64,000 nucleotides of DNA from Coniocarpon cinnabarinum (lineage: Eukaryota). The notes below the pieces were generated by a model that did not search any database, had not been told where the DNA came from, and saw only the letters and a list, made by a program, of their open reading frames with translations. Positions 12,771 through 25,850 of the stretch are shown here, piece by piece. How positions within the stretch are numbered: position 1 is the stretch's first letter; the number at the start of each line of letters is the position of its first letter. Both the position numbers and the translations under genes were made by a program. Where the stretch lies: assembly GCA_051942205.1 (NCBI GenBank), contig JAVECO010000127.1:1-64000 (forward strand), read 5' to 3'.

Positions 12771-14955
12771 TCAGGGCAAGCTCAAGAAGTATCCCAACAT
12801 TTTGGGGTAATTCGGGGTCCCAAGTCCTGTTACTGGATCCCAACCCGTGGTTGCATTGAATCCCAACGTGCCACAGCCTGGGTTAGTGCCATTCGTGATA
12901 TCGTTAAACACGTCTGGCTTCGCGTACATCGCTGGATTGAGAAAGCCCAACGGGCCCTTCCCGGTGGCCAGTCTTTCTTCGACGATGCGATTGATGATTG
13001 CACTAAAGATAGGTGTTGCTTGGCTTGTCCCGCCTCCGAGCGCAAATTCGCCTCCAACGTATGTGGCTCCGTTGTCCCCATTTGCGGCCACGTCAGGGAT
13101 GCCACGACCGATCCGGTTGTAGAGTCCACCGTTGGAGCCGATGTCTGCATACTGACTCGAGTCATTGATCAAAGTGCTGTAGTAGGGATAGGTAGGATTG
13201 TATTTGGAGAAGTACTCATTGACAGCGCTCTGCTGGTAGTCAGGCACAGGATAGACGTTTGAAAATTCCCCACCGCTTGAGTAATTGACATGAAAGGGCA
13301 TGCCAGCCGGATCGAAGACGGCGCTCTCTGGCTCGAAAACCGACCTCCCTGGATAAACTTTTGTTCCACCTACATTCGTCACATAGGGGCAATTGTTTGG
13401 CCATGTAGGGTTGAACACATCAAGATTCTTTCCGATGCATCCAGTAGGCCCATCGACAGCGTAAGGTGCCGGATAGTCACCCACGCCAGCATCGCCACTG
13501 GCAAACAGGATACTGACGCCTTGCAAGCCAAGCTTGAGATACTCATTGCATTGACGCTTCTGGTAAGCTATGGGCACATCGACTTCTTGTCCTCCATAGC
13601 TCACGCTTATTACGGGCGTAGGTTTGTAGATGCCACATTGTAGCTCTCCCTTGTACCCACCAAGAGCAGGATCTGGATACTGTGGGTCGATGCTGCTGTC
13701 GCCAGTTTCGCCGTATGCCGAGTACGTACAGTAACTGCCATCAATTGCGTCGAGGAATGTGTTGAAGCCAAACGTATAAGTCTCGTTCGGATTGGCACCA
13801 TACACGGCATCGTCTTCGCCGAAGACGGTAACAGTTTGGGGATATACGATAGGATAAGCGATAGTCAAATCAAGCTCAGTCTCCTCTCCAGCCGCACTTG
13901 CATTCGTTGTAACTGCCTCAAACCCGTCGATGTCATCTGCAATCGGATGAGTGCCGTTTTCTATGTATGGCGTAAAGTTTGCGTAAAAGTTGTCGAGATC
14001 AGGTTGATACCAGTATTGATTCTGAGACTCAAAGATACCCATTGAATTGTCAGGAGACAACTCGTCCTTGGTGCGATTGACTGGTGGTATTCGATAAAGC
14101 GCTGCAATACATGCCGGTGTAATAACTTGATCGCATGTTGCTAGACTGCTATTGGTCGTGTTCATGGCCATCTGGTCTTTTTCCATGGCTGGCGCAGGTT
14201 GTATGAACGGACTGTCATTTCCTTTTCGATGCGGATGAGCGCGCTTTGCTTTCCTTTTGGGTATGGTTTTGGTTTTCGAAGGTGCTCGCTCCACAGACCC
14301 ACCCTTTACCGTACGCTTGGTCAGGCCAGGAGCAAAAAGTTTGATTCCCGGCGTAATATAGTCAACGTGCTCAGAGACATGCTCAGGCACACTGTAATTG
14401 TCGCATGCCGGTATTGCGCCACCAGTCACAGAGTCAAGGTGTTCGTAGTACTCTGTTTGAAGCAAGCGTTCGGCTTCAATCGCTGTGATGTCTAAAGCCA
14501 GCCACGCTTTGTTGTCGCTCTGAACAGCTCGGCGAGTATCAATACCGGAGTCGTGTAGCCATTGCGTTACAGTCTTGACACGTCCAGCAGGGGGTTGAAA
14601 ATGGGCAATAACTTCGTCGGTGGACCAATACTGGCCAAATTTAGGAGAGCTAGGGTCAGATCTACGTGAGTGAGCAAGTGCAGAGTATACTGACGCTGTA
14701 GATCCAGGAAGGGCACGGCCGCTAGAGGTGGTTCAGAACCTACACGTCCATCAGATGCTGGTGCGCATTTTCTAAATTATCCTGCCTCAAGCCGATTCTC
14801 ATAGGAAATCGTGAATGTGACGACAGCCTCTTGCCCTTTGTCCACCTCGAAGCAAGCCTGTCGCGTTTCTCATGTATGACGTGTCTATTGACTGGACTCG
14901 CAAACACCACTGAAAGCAATCCAATAAGGCCTGCCAGGAGCTTGATCGGCTGCAT
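12771..14955 (-). CDS. Secreted sedolisin (peptidase S53, aorsin/tripeptidyl-peptidase-like) with propeptide; intron near 14664-14741
   Basis: Signal peptide MQPIKLLAGLIGLLSVVFASP; ETELD, SGDAG, RGIPDVAANG, GGTSQATP and GWDPVTGLGTPN motifs. Confidence 0.92.
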
Positions 14956-15331
14956 CGTTTTCGATCGTCTTCATCAGGACGGAGGAAAAGGATTCGGAAG
15001 AAGCAGCAGCCTCCATAAACGGCAACAACTTGTATTTGGGGTCGATGATTTCTGACGATCAATGTGACTTGTTATCGTAAGTAGTCTGCTTGAGCGAGGT
15101 CACTTAGTTACACCACATGCGTTCGCTCCTGCGATTGTGGGTTAAGCATGTCGAGGATGCGAGTCATGCATGACGCAGATCAGTGGAGATCCTAGAGCAT
15201 CCTAGCTTGTTGTGTGAGGGGAGCACAAACTTTCTCATAGTAAGGGACAGGAAGCGAAGTGTGGACAAGCGCTTCACCCATGTTAGCTCATGTGAGTCTT
15301 TTTAGATCGCTGGCGCCACAGTGTAGCCCCT

Positions 15332-16678
15332 TCAAGCAACGACGCCGTCGACCAGTGCGGTTTTGTAAACATTCTGCGCGTCTTGCCGTAATCTCATCTC
15401 TTCTTCGCTTGCAGGTCGGAAAGTGACATCCAGGATATCAGCAGAGGTCTCACCCGCACCTGGTCCAAAATTTCCACGCTCGGGTCGAATGACGTTGCGA
15501 GCACCGACGGGATAAAAGTATGCGCCTTTTGACAATTTGCGCGGGCTATCGGTACTAGATCCCTCTTCACCTGTACCATCGTAAAGCACCAGAGCGACGG
15601 TGTCGTCGAATGCTTCGTTGTGATTCCCAGCTTGCATGCTTGTTTCGTACGAACGTTTCCAGCGGAACTCGAACGAGTCTGACCCTTCTGGATTTGGACG
15701 CGTCTTATTCCGTTTGACACTTCTCACGTTGTCGATATCGTCCGGTAAAAAGAGGTCGTAATCAAAGGGCAAAGGCTCTTCATATTGACCTTTCTCGACC
15801 CTTTCTGCTTGCTTGGACCGATGTAATTGAACAATCTCTTGTCGGGGATCTCTGGGGACCAGAATTGCCGCGTCCAAACGCGCGGCATCAGCATCTGAAG
15901 ATGTCACTGGGTTCGCGCTGTACTTCGTGACAGTGTAGCTGCCACCATCAGGAGTGGCATCGAGGTCTGGTAAAAGCGGATAGGAGTCGAGCAGCCGCAA
16001 AGAAGGGTTTTTAGGGTGTTTAGGATTTGCCCAATTATCGCGTGCGGAATCAACAGCTGCGCCATCACCATTGACCTGGGCTTCGCCGTTTGCTAAGCCG
16101 AAGCTACGCTCAAGGTCGGGAACGATGCGGACTGGGTCATCTTTTGAAATCTCATCAAGCTTTCTCTTGTGTGGTGTCTTCTGGCTCGCTATAGTATTTC
16201 TCACGCCACTAACCTGAAGGCTGCTGCTGCTAGAGTTTAGATAGTCGGTCTTGCGCAAGAAGCTAACAGCAGAGGTGTCTGCACGTCGGAGTGCAGACAA
16301 TGGTTTCAGAAGTGGCTCGTCGTGTGGGTGTGGTGGCGGCGCATGTGGTAGGGCTGAGATACCTGTATTGCAAGTTAGCTCAACTTGAACAGAAACCTCT
16401 CAATATTTCATACACGATTCGTCACCGTCGAACACGCCAGGCATGCCAACCAAGTCAATTGGCATACCCAGTTCCGCGTCAGCTTCCACATTGATAGGCT
16501 GATCTCGTACGAGCCGCGATGCATAGCTGGCTGATGTGTATACGTCGTTTGGCAATCCTGTGCCGGGTATATTCAAGAACTTCGGGGGAATCGGAGGTGG
16601 TGGGAGATTGTTCACGTATCGTATTCGTGCAACGTAATCCTGTCGCGTTGGACGATCTCGCCCTGCTGAAGATGTCAT
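15332..16678 (-). CDS. PAF1: RNA polymerase II-associated factor Paf1; 1 intron near 16363-16413
   Basis: QDYVARIRYVNNLPPPPIPPKFL, EADAELGMPIDLVGMPG, VSFLRKTDY, KHPKNPSLRLLDSYPLLPDL and GAYFYPV motifs. Confidence 0.9.
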
Positions 16679-17307
16679 TATGTCGATGTCAGACTCTAGC
16701 AAGTTGCTGATGGGTGCGCGGGGTGCAGGGTCTCTCAAGATGGTTCTGAATGCGCAACAATAGGTAAGAACGGCGAGTGGCCGAATACCTGATCTGAAAC
16801 GACGTGCCTAAAACCTCGGGCATCACATCCGATTTGTGAGGCAAACACCAAGCCACACCAGCCACACGATTTATGCATCATTCCTTCACGTGGACACAAA
16901 GCAGTCATTTCATCTGCCCAACTTCAAACCGCCACAAGTTGAGACTCAACTCTGGGAACTCTAAATTCTCCTGCGCAGAAGGTGCTTTCGCATCTCCTGG
17001 AACAAGGAGAACGAATGCAAATGAGTCGATCTCGGATCATCCATCACAAGCTCTTGCAATCCGAACGTCCCCAGGTGCCTTGTTCCTAACAAACTGTAGC
17101 TGTCTTAGAATACCTATCACGTCGGAATGCCTTCGACTGACTAGCGCCTCTGTTCGCGCCTTTTCGTGTGCTTCCTGCATGCTTGCGGTGCCTGTTTGTT
17201 CGCAGGGGTTGTATGCTTGCGTCAACTTCACCTCCACCTGACATCTACAAAAGCATGTGCCACACGCTTGATGTCTCTCAGCGTTTCAATGATGAACGAG
17301 TCTCGCC

Positions 17308-18081
17308 ATGATGTCTCTATTTCGCTTGTACGTCGGCAGCATTCCCTATGCGGCGCAGCCACAAGACATCTACGACCTTTTCGCTTTGGCCGGCATTCCT
17401 GTGACCAACTTAGACATGTCAATCGATCCATTTACAGGGCGAAATCCAGGCTATGTATTCGTCGACGTGCCTGATCAAAGGTCTTACGATACTGCTATGC
17501 AATGCCTTCCAGGTAATGCCGTACGAGGACGTTTGATCAAAGTCAATGCAGCGGGCGAGAGAAAGACAATTAGACACGCTGGCGAAGAAGCTCGCGTGAG
17601 ATCCTACGACCGTCCCGTAGGACGAAATGTACGAGGAATACTGGCTGGCGAGAGTGATAGTGGCCCAAGCGCCTTCCACGGTGGCTCGTTCGCTTTCAAC
17701 CGCTGGGCTCGCGGTCAAGGAGAATCACCCGGCCGATGGGAGAATCCAGCCCAGGAGAACAGACGACTTTACGTTGGAAGCTTGCCTCGCCTTGAACCCC
17801 AAAGCGCCGCTCAGGACATCATTGGCAATACTATTTTCAGCAAGTTCAATGTCGAAGCGATCAGCAAAATGATATCACCTCATAAGTCGACGTGGGACAA
17901 GGGAGGCAATCACTACTACGCCTTTGTGGACTTGCCCTCCGAGGAGGAGGCACAAGCTGCAGTGCGGACACTCGACGGTATGCGCACGACTTGGGGTTTC
18001 GTCAGAGTGAAGGTTGCATCGGGAAGGGCAGCTCCAAAAGTTGTCAGAGAACAAATGTTGCATCGACCAGCAGAAGTTTGA
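17308..18081 (+). CDS. Double-RRM RNA-binding protein
   Basis: RLYVGSIPY...SIDPFTGRNPGYVFVD; second RRM RLYVGSLP...HYYAFVDL. Confidence 0.85.
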   Translation: MMSLFRLYVGSIPYAAQPQDIYDLFALAGIPVTNLDMSIDPFTGRNPGYVFVDVPDQRSYDTAMQCLPGNAVRGRLIKVNAAGERKTIRHAGEEARVRSYDRPVGRNVRGILAGESDSGPSAFHGGSFAFNRWARGQGESPGRWENPAQENRRLYVGSLPRLEPQSAAQDIIGNTIFSKFNVEAISKMISPHKSTWDKGGNHYYAFVDLPSEEEAQAAVRTLDGMRTTWGFVRVKVASGRAAPKVVREQMLHRPAEV

Positions 18082-18531
18082 GCTACCACTAGTGGGCGTC
18101 CTGGGTCCCGGTACACTAAACGCGGCATAGACCACAACAAATAGCATTATGAATGTATACGTGGCGTGGCTGTTGCTGTCACTGACTCCTGCCCTAATTT
18201 TCAGGCCCTCTTTGCATATTAACTCAGCCGCTGCACGCTACCAAGCATTCTTTGCGGCAGCCCTGATTGGCAGAAGCGTTGAGTGTTTAGAGTTTACTTA
18301 GACTATGCTAGGCACGCTATTTAACGGCAGCGCAGGAAATTATCAACGGCTCTATGTATCCGGTAAGACTCGTACATATTGATCGCCTTTTCGGATCCCG
18401 TTTGATGCTTACACAACTTGTGTATCGATTTCGAACTGCTCGTAACCTCTAAAGTTCAAAAGTTGCTCTAAGTTTATCTGAGAAGGGGCTCCCATTGTCT
18501 GAAAGTTCTCTGCCAAAGACTTTCGCAGAAG

Positions 18532-19741
18532 ATGAGTGCGCGCAAGAGCGTCCTTATTACAGGGTACGACCCATATACCGTGGACAAAAGATCACGACTG
18601 ATACGGAGACTGGTGATAGATGCAGTCCTGGCGGGATCGGTAAGCCAGACCAGCGAACTGTTTCCGCGCACGACTCTTACAGCTACGAGGGCATTCGCTT
18701 GCACTGGAATTCCTCAGCAAAGACGCCCGGGTCTTCGCAACTGCACGATCGGCAGACACGCTCACCGAGCTTGCTTCTAAAGGTGCAGATACACTGTCTT
18801 TGGAGGTAGACAAAAGCAGCTCAATCGCGGCTTGTTTCGAGAGAGTGAAAAGCCTTAGTGACGGCAAGCTTGACTTTCTCATCAACAATGCTGGGCGCAG
18901 TACGTGCTGGATAGACACAACGTTGTGACCAGGGCAAAGGCACTCAAGCTAATGCTGCGATCAGACTACACGGTGCCTGGCTTGGATGTTGATCTTGACG
19001 AAGTGCGACGGACGTTCGAGATCAACGTCTTTGCTGTCATGGCCATGTGTCAGGCCTTTGCACCACTTCTCATTGAGGTAGGCGGAGTGCCCGCAATCTT
19101 ATGTGGTTATTGACGACACCGACTTCGCAGGCGCAAGGTACAATCGTTCAGATCGGCAGTGTCTCAGCGACGATGCCACACGTCTTTGGTCAGTGAAGTA
19201 CTTTCAGCGCGGCTGTTCGACGATCTGAAGCTTATAAGCATAGGCTCTGCCTACAATGCAAGCAAGGCTGCCCTCCACCAGTATTCAAATACACTCCGCG
19301 TCGAGCTTGAGCCATTCGGTGTAAACGTAGTGACTATTGTTACCGGTGCGGTCACTTCACGCATCGCCCGCACGCACCGTACACTCCCGGAAGGAAGCCT
19401 TTACATCCCTGTAGCCGACCAATACGAGCGCCGGCTTACGCAGTCACAGCAAAAGGGAAATTCAATGCCAAATGAGGAGTACGCGAGACGAGTGGTGAAC
19501 AAAGTCTTGGGAAGCCGGCGAAAAGCCTTTTCAATATGGGAAGGGGCAAGAAGCTACTGGGTTTGGATATCCGTGACTTTTTTACCACTCAGCATGCAGG
19601 TAAGTCCAGTTTCTTGAATGCATGATTCGGTGGAAGCATTAAAGGGTCTAACACTTCATGCAGAATCGCATCTTCTCACGGATGTTCCAGCTATGGCGAC
19701 TCAAACCCAGTAACAGAGCGCAGACCAAGAAGAGCGAGTAG
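18532..19741 (+). CDS. AYR1: Short-chain dehydrogenase, Ayr1-like (1-acyl-DHAP reductase), multi-exon
   Basis: KSVLITG-CSPGGIG, LDFLINNAG, FEINVF and YNASKAAL (YxxxK) motifs, LRVELEPFGV; several GT/AG introns; last exon ends KKSE-stop. Confidence 0.82.
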
Positions 19742-20489
19742 ACTTGTACTCAAGGTTTGCCTCGACCAGCAGCGCAACCACGCTCGGAATCGGCAAAGAG
19801 CTTGCGTGGCCTCTTGCACTAGTGTTTTGACGAGCCGACACAGTCTGGCAAGAGTAAGCGCTTGACTCCTCAACAAATTCTGCTTAAGTATGTACTGTCG
19901 ATGGGATATCGCCAGGATTCCATTCAGTCAGCAAACGACAACATTTTGGGTTGAGGTTGGGGTTCATCCGAGAAGAGCGATCAAACAGAAGCACAGAGGC
20001 CAAAGACAGAGGATGTCGCCAGGGTTCGGAACAAGGTTTTTTCGGGACGACGGGCTAAAGATCTCCACGTTCCAGCGGTTGCTCCGGCAAAGACGGGCGT
20101 TAAGCCCCAACGGGTCGCTGCCCGCCGCGGCTAAGGCTGGCTAATGCACATGATCAAGATAGCCTCGCTGACTTCGGCAAACCACAACCGCCAGCTGTCA
20201 ACACCATCTGCAACGAGCCATCATTGCTGGCTTGCAAATTATCCACAAATGGATCAAGGCCAACCCTCATCGACTCCCTTCTCTTTTCTCGCGCCATCCA
20301 AATCAGACTCTCGGGCGGCCTCGTCCTTTACCAGTCTCCTCTCCCAGTCCGTGCTCCTCCCTCTTCCCCACATCGCCTCCCAAAGCAGTCGTGCTACATA
20401 TAGCCTGCATGGGTCCTTGCGCCCACTACTTTAGTGTCCCTTCCTGTCGCGCATCGCCGATATTTTTGGCAGTGCTTTTATGCTGATAT

Positions 20490-22815
20490 ATGCCTTCCAG
20501 TGCGAGTCCTTCGAGCTACGGATCTATGCGCTCCAGTGAAGATGCCTCGCCGGTGAAAACAGCCCAGCCCGAGCAAGATCATCATGTCTCTCGATTTAAG
20601 CGATTTCTTAACAAGCGACGACGGAAGTGGGAAGCTTGGATCAAGCAGACTTATGTCGATGGTGAGGCGCCGGTTACGCCTGGAGGTGGAGGGCGAACGA
20701 CGTTTGGAGATGAAGACCCAAACCTGATCACTTGGAAGCTGCGTATACGAGTAAGTTCAGATGACTAGTCTTCATCGATGTTGTTCAGGAAATGTCACGT
20801 GTCCAGATTTTGCTGATGGTTTACAGCATTTCACTTTCACATGTAGGGACCCCGTAGGTTCTGCAGGTGGGAAAATCTGTATTGACATAGACCTTGTCAG
20901 GGTTCACCCTCACCATGTCTACCGCAGGCGTGGCACATGTGTTGAGACAAGGTGGGTGTTTCCCACTCCACCTCACCTCACCTCACCTCGCTCACCGCCC
21001 ATACAGTACCTCTCCGCTTCGACGGGCTCGAAGCCATTGGATGCTTCTTCATGATCCTCAATCTCTGTTTCTTCATCGCCAACTGCACCATGATGGGCCT
21101 TCGCTTCTACTGGTTCCCTCATACCTTCAAAGCCGCCCTTCTTCATCCCACCGAATCGCTCTTCATACCCGCCTTTGTCCTCTCTGTTGCTCAAATTCTC
21201 ATCAACATCACCGAGTACGGCCTTAGTCCCGGCAAGACAGGAATCTGGCTGTTATCAACCATGACCGTCTTTTACTGGCTGTACATGGTTCTGGCGATTT
21301 GCTTCTCAGTGGGCATATATCTCATGATGTACGTCTCACCTCCCTCTTCTCTTGCACTCCCTTTTCTTGAGCCATTTTTGAAAAGCTCACTCGCTCAGGT
21401 GGTCAACCCAAACCTTCACCCTCTCAGCCATGACCCCCATCTGGATCTTCCCCGCCTACCCCCTCCTCCTCGTTGGTCCCTTCGCCGGCGCTCTCTCCCA
21501 AGCCCTAGTGGCAGACACGTACAGTCCCGGCCCCAGCACCGCAAAGTCCTACCCCTCTCCCAACTCCCGTCTCCACGTCCTCGTCGGCGGCGTCATCTGC
21601 CAGGGCCTCGGCTTCCTCCTCTCCATGCAAATCTACGCCGCCTTCCTCTACCGCCTCATGACCCACAAACTGCCCACCGAGTCCACCCGCCCCGGTATGT
21701 TCGTCTCTGTCGGTCCATCCGGCTTCACGGTCTCGGCGCTCATCCAAATGGGCGCGCATTTCCCCACCGTCGTCCCTGCCGAGTTCATGGGAAACGGTGA
21801 GCTGGCGGGCCAGGTCACGAAGATCATCGCCTACTGGGCGGGTCTCTGGCTGTATGGTCTAGCGGTGTGGTTTTTCCTCGTGAGTACCTTTGCGCATTGG
21901 TCCTGTGTCGGCGGCCAGCGCCTCACCTTCGCCATGACCTGGTACGCCTTCATCTTCCCCAACACCTCTCTCATCACCAGCACCTTCAACGTCGCGCGCG
22001 CCCTCGGCGAAAACAAACCCATCCAGGTCGTCGGCTGCGTCATGACCTGCGTCCTCATCGTCGTGTGGAGCTTCATCATCGGCATGAACATCCGCGCTAT
22101 CGCGTTGAAACAGGTGTTGTGGCCGCAGAACGGCGAAGACGCGAGTAGTCATATTTTCAAGGGGGATGGAGAGCGCCGGAAGACGAGGGAAGATGGCGTT
22201 GCGGGAGGCCATGGGAGTGCGTGGGCGACTGGCAGTCGTGCTGTGGTAGCCAGAGTGCATGGCACGTCGAGTCGGAGCAGTGTCTCGAACCGAGGGGCAC
22301 ATCGGGATGAGAGGACTGATTCGGGATCGCTCGCGAATGGGGAACATGGTGTTGATGCGAGGGATACGTTGAAGCCTCATGCGTCCAGACGACCGCCTCC
22401 TCAGATTTTGCTTAATGCGCCGGAACACCATCCACATGATGTTGATGCCGTTGCTGAGCACGGTGCTGAGCACGGTGCTGATGGAGCCCAGAGACGGGAC
22501 GTCAAGAGTGACGAGCAATATGAGGCTGAGAGGGAACGCCAGGCGCAGGAGGATAACCTGGATGAGATTGATAGAGAGATTAGGGATGATATTGATAATG
22601 GGGATGAAGGGGAGCATGAGTTTGATGGTGGGAGTAGACGGATTGGCGGAGGAGGCTTGCATGGTGGTGTGGGTGGGATGATGGGTGGGAGTGGAGGTGA
22701 AGGTGGGAGCCACGATGCTGGGGGTGCTGGTGGTCCGGCTGGTTGGAGAGGCCGGGCGGGTGAAGACGAGGGACGGTGGAAAGACGAAGAAGACGGGTTC
22801 GATGGCCGGCGGTAG
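20490..22815 (+). CDS. TDT/SLAC1-family C4-dicarboxylate (malate) transporter, Mae1-like, with long acidic/Gly-rich C-terminal tail; includes micro-exons
   Basis: HFTFTW-FTLTMSTAG, LLHPTESLFIPAF, MTPIWIFPAYP, TRPGMFVSVGPSGFT and WYAFIFPN motifs; multiple hydrophobic segments. Confidence 0.88.
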
Positions 22816-23090
22816 GACCGCGACTCTGAGTTGATGGAAAGCATTTGGCATAGGCTTTGTGCGACTTGGATAAATCACTCCAGAGAACCATGATGCTCAA
22901 AGGCACATCCAAACTCCAGATGTTAAGCGAGGATTCGAGCGACTGCACCATCCGTCCACCCACCGTGCTGTTCCCTCATCGCGCCCCGTATACCCTCTCC
23001 TCGCTGACACCATTTTCATTTCCGGTGCGCCCTGCACACGTTCCAGATTCACTGCACTCTCATTATCCAAGATCCCTCTTCTCTCCGCCC

Positions 23091-25485
23091 TCAATAATTC
23101 CAGCTACACTTATACCCCAGCCCCCTTCCCCCAAGCCGATCCCACTCCAAAAAACTAAACCAACAATCATTAACCTTCAACTTCCCAAAAACACTGGCAC
23201 CCTTCCAGACCAGGACCTCCGGACTCATCTCCCGCGGCGGCGGCGCCACCATGATTTCTTTCCGAAACTTCTGCGCGCCCACCTGCTCATGCAGTTCTTC
23301 TTCGAGAAACTGGAGAAAGCCAGGCACTTGCACGGCGCCGCCGACGGGCAGAATGCCGCCGTAGAAATCGCGGGTTTTCTTGTCGTCGCCTTTCGCTGCG
23401 TTGTCGATTGAGAGCGATATCGCGGCGTCGAGGGACATGATGGGGATTGTGCGATCGCGGACTGCCGCTTGGGCGAGTTGCTCGGCTAGGGGGTTTGCCG
23501 TTTGCGTTGGGGCTGATGTCGCACCGTCGAGCGCGGGTGTTGTGTTGTCGGGCTGTGGGGTGCTGGTTTCGGCGTCGCCGGGGGAGGCGGCTGATTTGTT
23601 CGGCTGAGGAGTTGACGCGGCGTCGGATTTGAGGGCGGCGGCTGCGGATTTCTCAAAGGGATTGGGCGTGGAGGTGGATTTGGCGTCGGAGGTGCCGTTG
23701 ACTGCTAGAGCGGTGGCGTCGTTGTTGCGTGGGGATTGGGACAAGACGGCGGTTTGGGCGGCGGAGACGGGGTCACTAGGGGAGCCATCGTAGAGATCGC
23801 AGGAGCGGGGGATGAGCTTGCGACGACCGCGTACTTTGTCAGTGACGTCGCCGAGGATGTCGGGTCTATAGAGGCACATGGGTGCTAGAAGGATGTGGTC
23901 GTAGGCTTTGAAGAGGAAATGCAGCGTTGGTTTATCGTAGGCACGGAGGAAGAACTCAAATTGCTGTGTGTTCAGGTCACCGACTTGCATCGTGCAGAAC
24001 TTCTGCTTGATCTCCTCGGCGACGAGTAAGTCATGGCGGCGATTCAGATTGATGTCGGAGTAGGGAAAGTGATCCACAAGGAGCATTTTGAGAAAGGTTT
24101 GGGTGACGTCGAAGCCGCCGTAGCGGAGATTAATGCGGCTGTTTTCGATGCACATGCCTTCGTCGACGCAGCAGATCGAGGTCTTTTGCGCACCGACGTC
24201 GACGATGACGCAGGTTGGGTAGCCTGCTCCAAAAGAAGCGGCGAGGCTTTCTTGCTGGAAGCACACGCGGCCGAAGCCGAGATCGCGGAAGAGGAGGTCC
24301 AGGGCCGTGTTGACGTAGCTTTTGTCGTAGAGGTCTGGGATGACGAAGACACAGCCGTACTGCGCGAGGTCGCGTAATCTGGTGATACCCAACTGAGTTT
24401 TGATGGCATCCTCAATGATCTGGGAGAAGTCTTGTAGTAGTAATGCTGGACTGTCGTAGTCTTCTTCGTTGAAGCATCCAAAGCGTAAAGGCCATTTCAA
24501 CTTGTATCTAGGTTTGGACTCGTCGGGTATGCGCAACGCTGCTTGGCCAGTGTAAGCGTCAGGGGCGGCGTTTGAGTCTTGAGGAATCTCCGTCCAGTCT
24601 ACATGCGAATAGTCGTTGTGCTCGTTAATCGAAGTAGGAGGGTTTTTCTTGTTGAAACTAATGGCGACTTCTTTGCAATTTGGTACTATTCTTTTACCTT
24701 TCCGTCGCATCCGTTGCTTCAAGTCTTGCGACATCGCCCCAAAGCCTTTCCAGAAGTCCTTGCCAAACCTTCGATTGACCTCGGCGTCCTCGTCATCCGC
24801 AGCTGGGTCCCGTTTTGGCAACGCCGGGTGGTCAGGATCTTCTGATTCGTTTCTTGAAGATTTTCGGGCAATGCACATAGGTACTGTCTTTGGCAGGACG
24901 TCGCTGCCAAAGCCTATTCGAAGGTTCTGGCTTCCAGGGTGAATGATGATAGTCTTGGAGGCAGGGATGGCGCTATCGTCAGCTGTTGCATCGACGTCGT
25001 CTTGCATCGTGCTGTCGTCAATGTCCATTTCGTCTGCTCCGTGCGCCCGTGCTCGATCCTTGTCCCGCGCCTCCTTCGTCATACGATCCCGAATGGCCTC
25101 ATTCTGAAGTCTGTAGACCAGAATTTGGTCGTCTCGCTTGAGATAGTCTCTGACCTGTTGATCAGCAAATATCGCTTTCAGAAAGCCATCGGTCGTGATT
25201 TCAAGAGTGTTGCGTCCTAAGCGATACTCTGTATTGATCCTTGTGTCCGTACTGAGAGAAAAAACACTAGCGGGAAGACAGACCATCAACGCGGCTTTTA
25301 GATCCACTCTGACTCATTCATGCTGCCTAATGAAGATCTGCTCAGGTCATGAAGAACACAACTTACGTATAGTAATTCTTTTGATTTATCATCCCTACTT
25401 GTGGCCAGGATGTGAATTCCATCTCATTGTCCGTTTTCTCGAGGCCATGCTCACGCAGTGCGCGAGCTCCTCGTTTCCCGGGCAT
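23091..25485 (-). CDS. ARP8: Actin-related protein 8 (INO80 complex); intron about 25150-25366
   Basis: Exon 1 MPGKRGARALREHGLEKTDNEMEFTSWPQVGMINQKNYYT joins DYLKRDDQ; IIIHPGSQNLRIG, VIVDVGAQKTSICCVDEG and LVWKGASVFGKL motifs. Confidence 0.92.
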
Positions 25486-25850
25486 GACTAACACCCGAAA
25501 TGCTCAACACGAGTTCCAGAGAGTACGTCTTTGTCTTGCTGTTCGTGCCCTCGTTGTCACATCCAGGTGATGGCCTCGTTAGCAGTCTGTGCCGTCAAAG
25601 TCATAACGCGGCTAATGCTACCCGGCCGAACATCTGAGGGGTTGTGGTCTGTGCTTATGAGGTGAATCAGGGATAGCGCGAACCCCAGACGTGGATGCTC
25701 GCGAGGTTGCTGCTGATCAATCACTGTCAATTCATCCTTTTCTGATCCTCACACTCCTTCCAGACCCCAGCTTAGATCACAACCTGCAGCGCATTCATTC
25801 AATTGTCGTTCTGTTACTATTGCCTTGCTTACTGTTTTCTCTTGTACAGT

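Noticed and set aside
11575..19741. Secondary-metabolite cluster around the hydratase, SDR and peptidase
   Set aside because: No PKS, NRPS or terpene synthase backbone gene; the neighbours are unrelated housekeeping genes.
21859..22878. 339-aa antisense ORF over the Mae1-like gene, and similar antisense ORFs at 34212-34988 and 61219-61872
   Set aside because: Best explained as shadow frames from codon bias in real genes on the opposite strand; no recognisable motifs.
23091..25307. ORF-track N-terminus of ARP8 (MDLKAALMVCL...)
   Set aside because: It lies inside the intron; the conserved N-terminus is in the exon starting at 25485.
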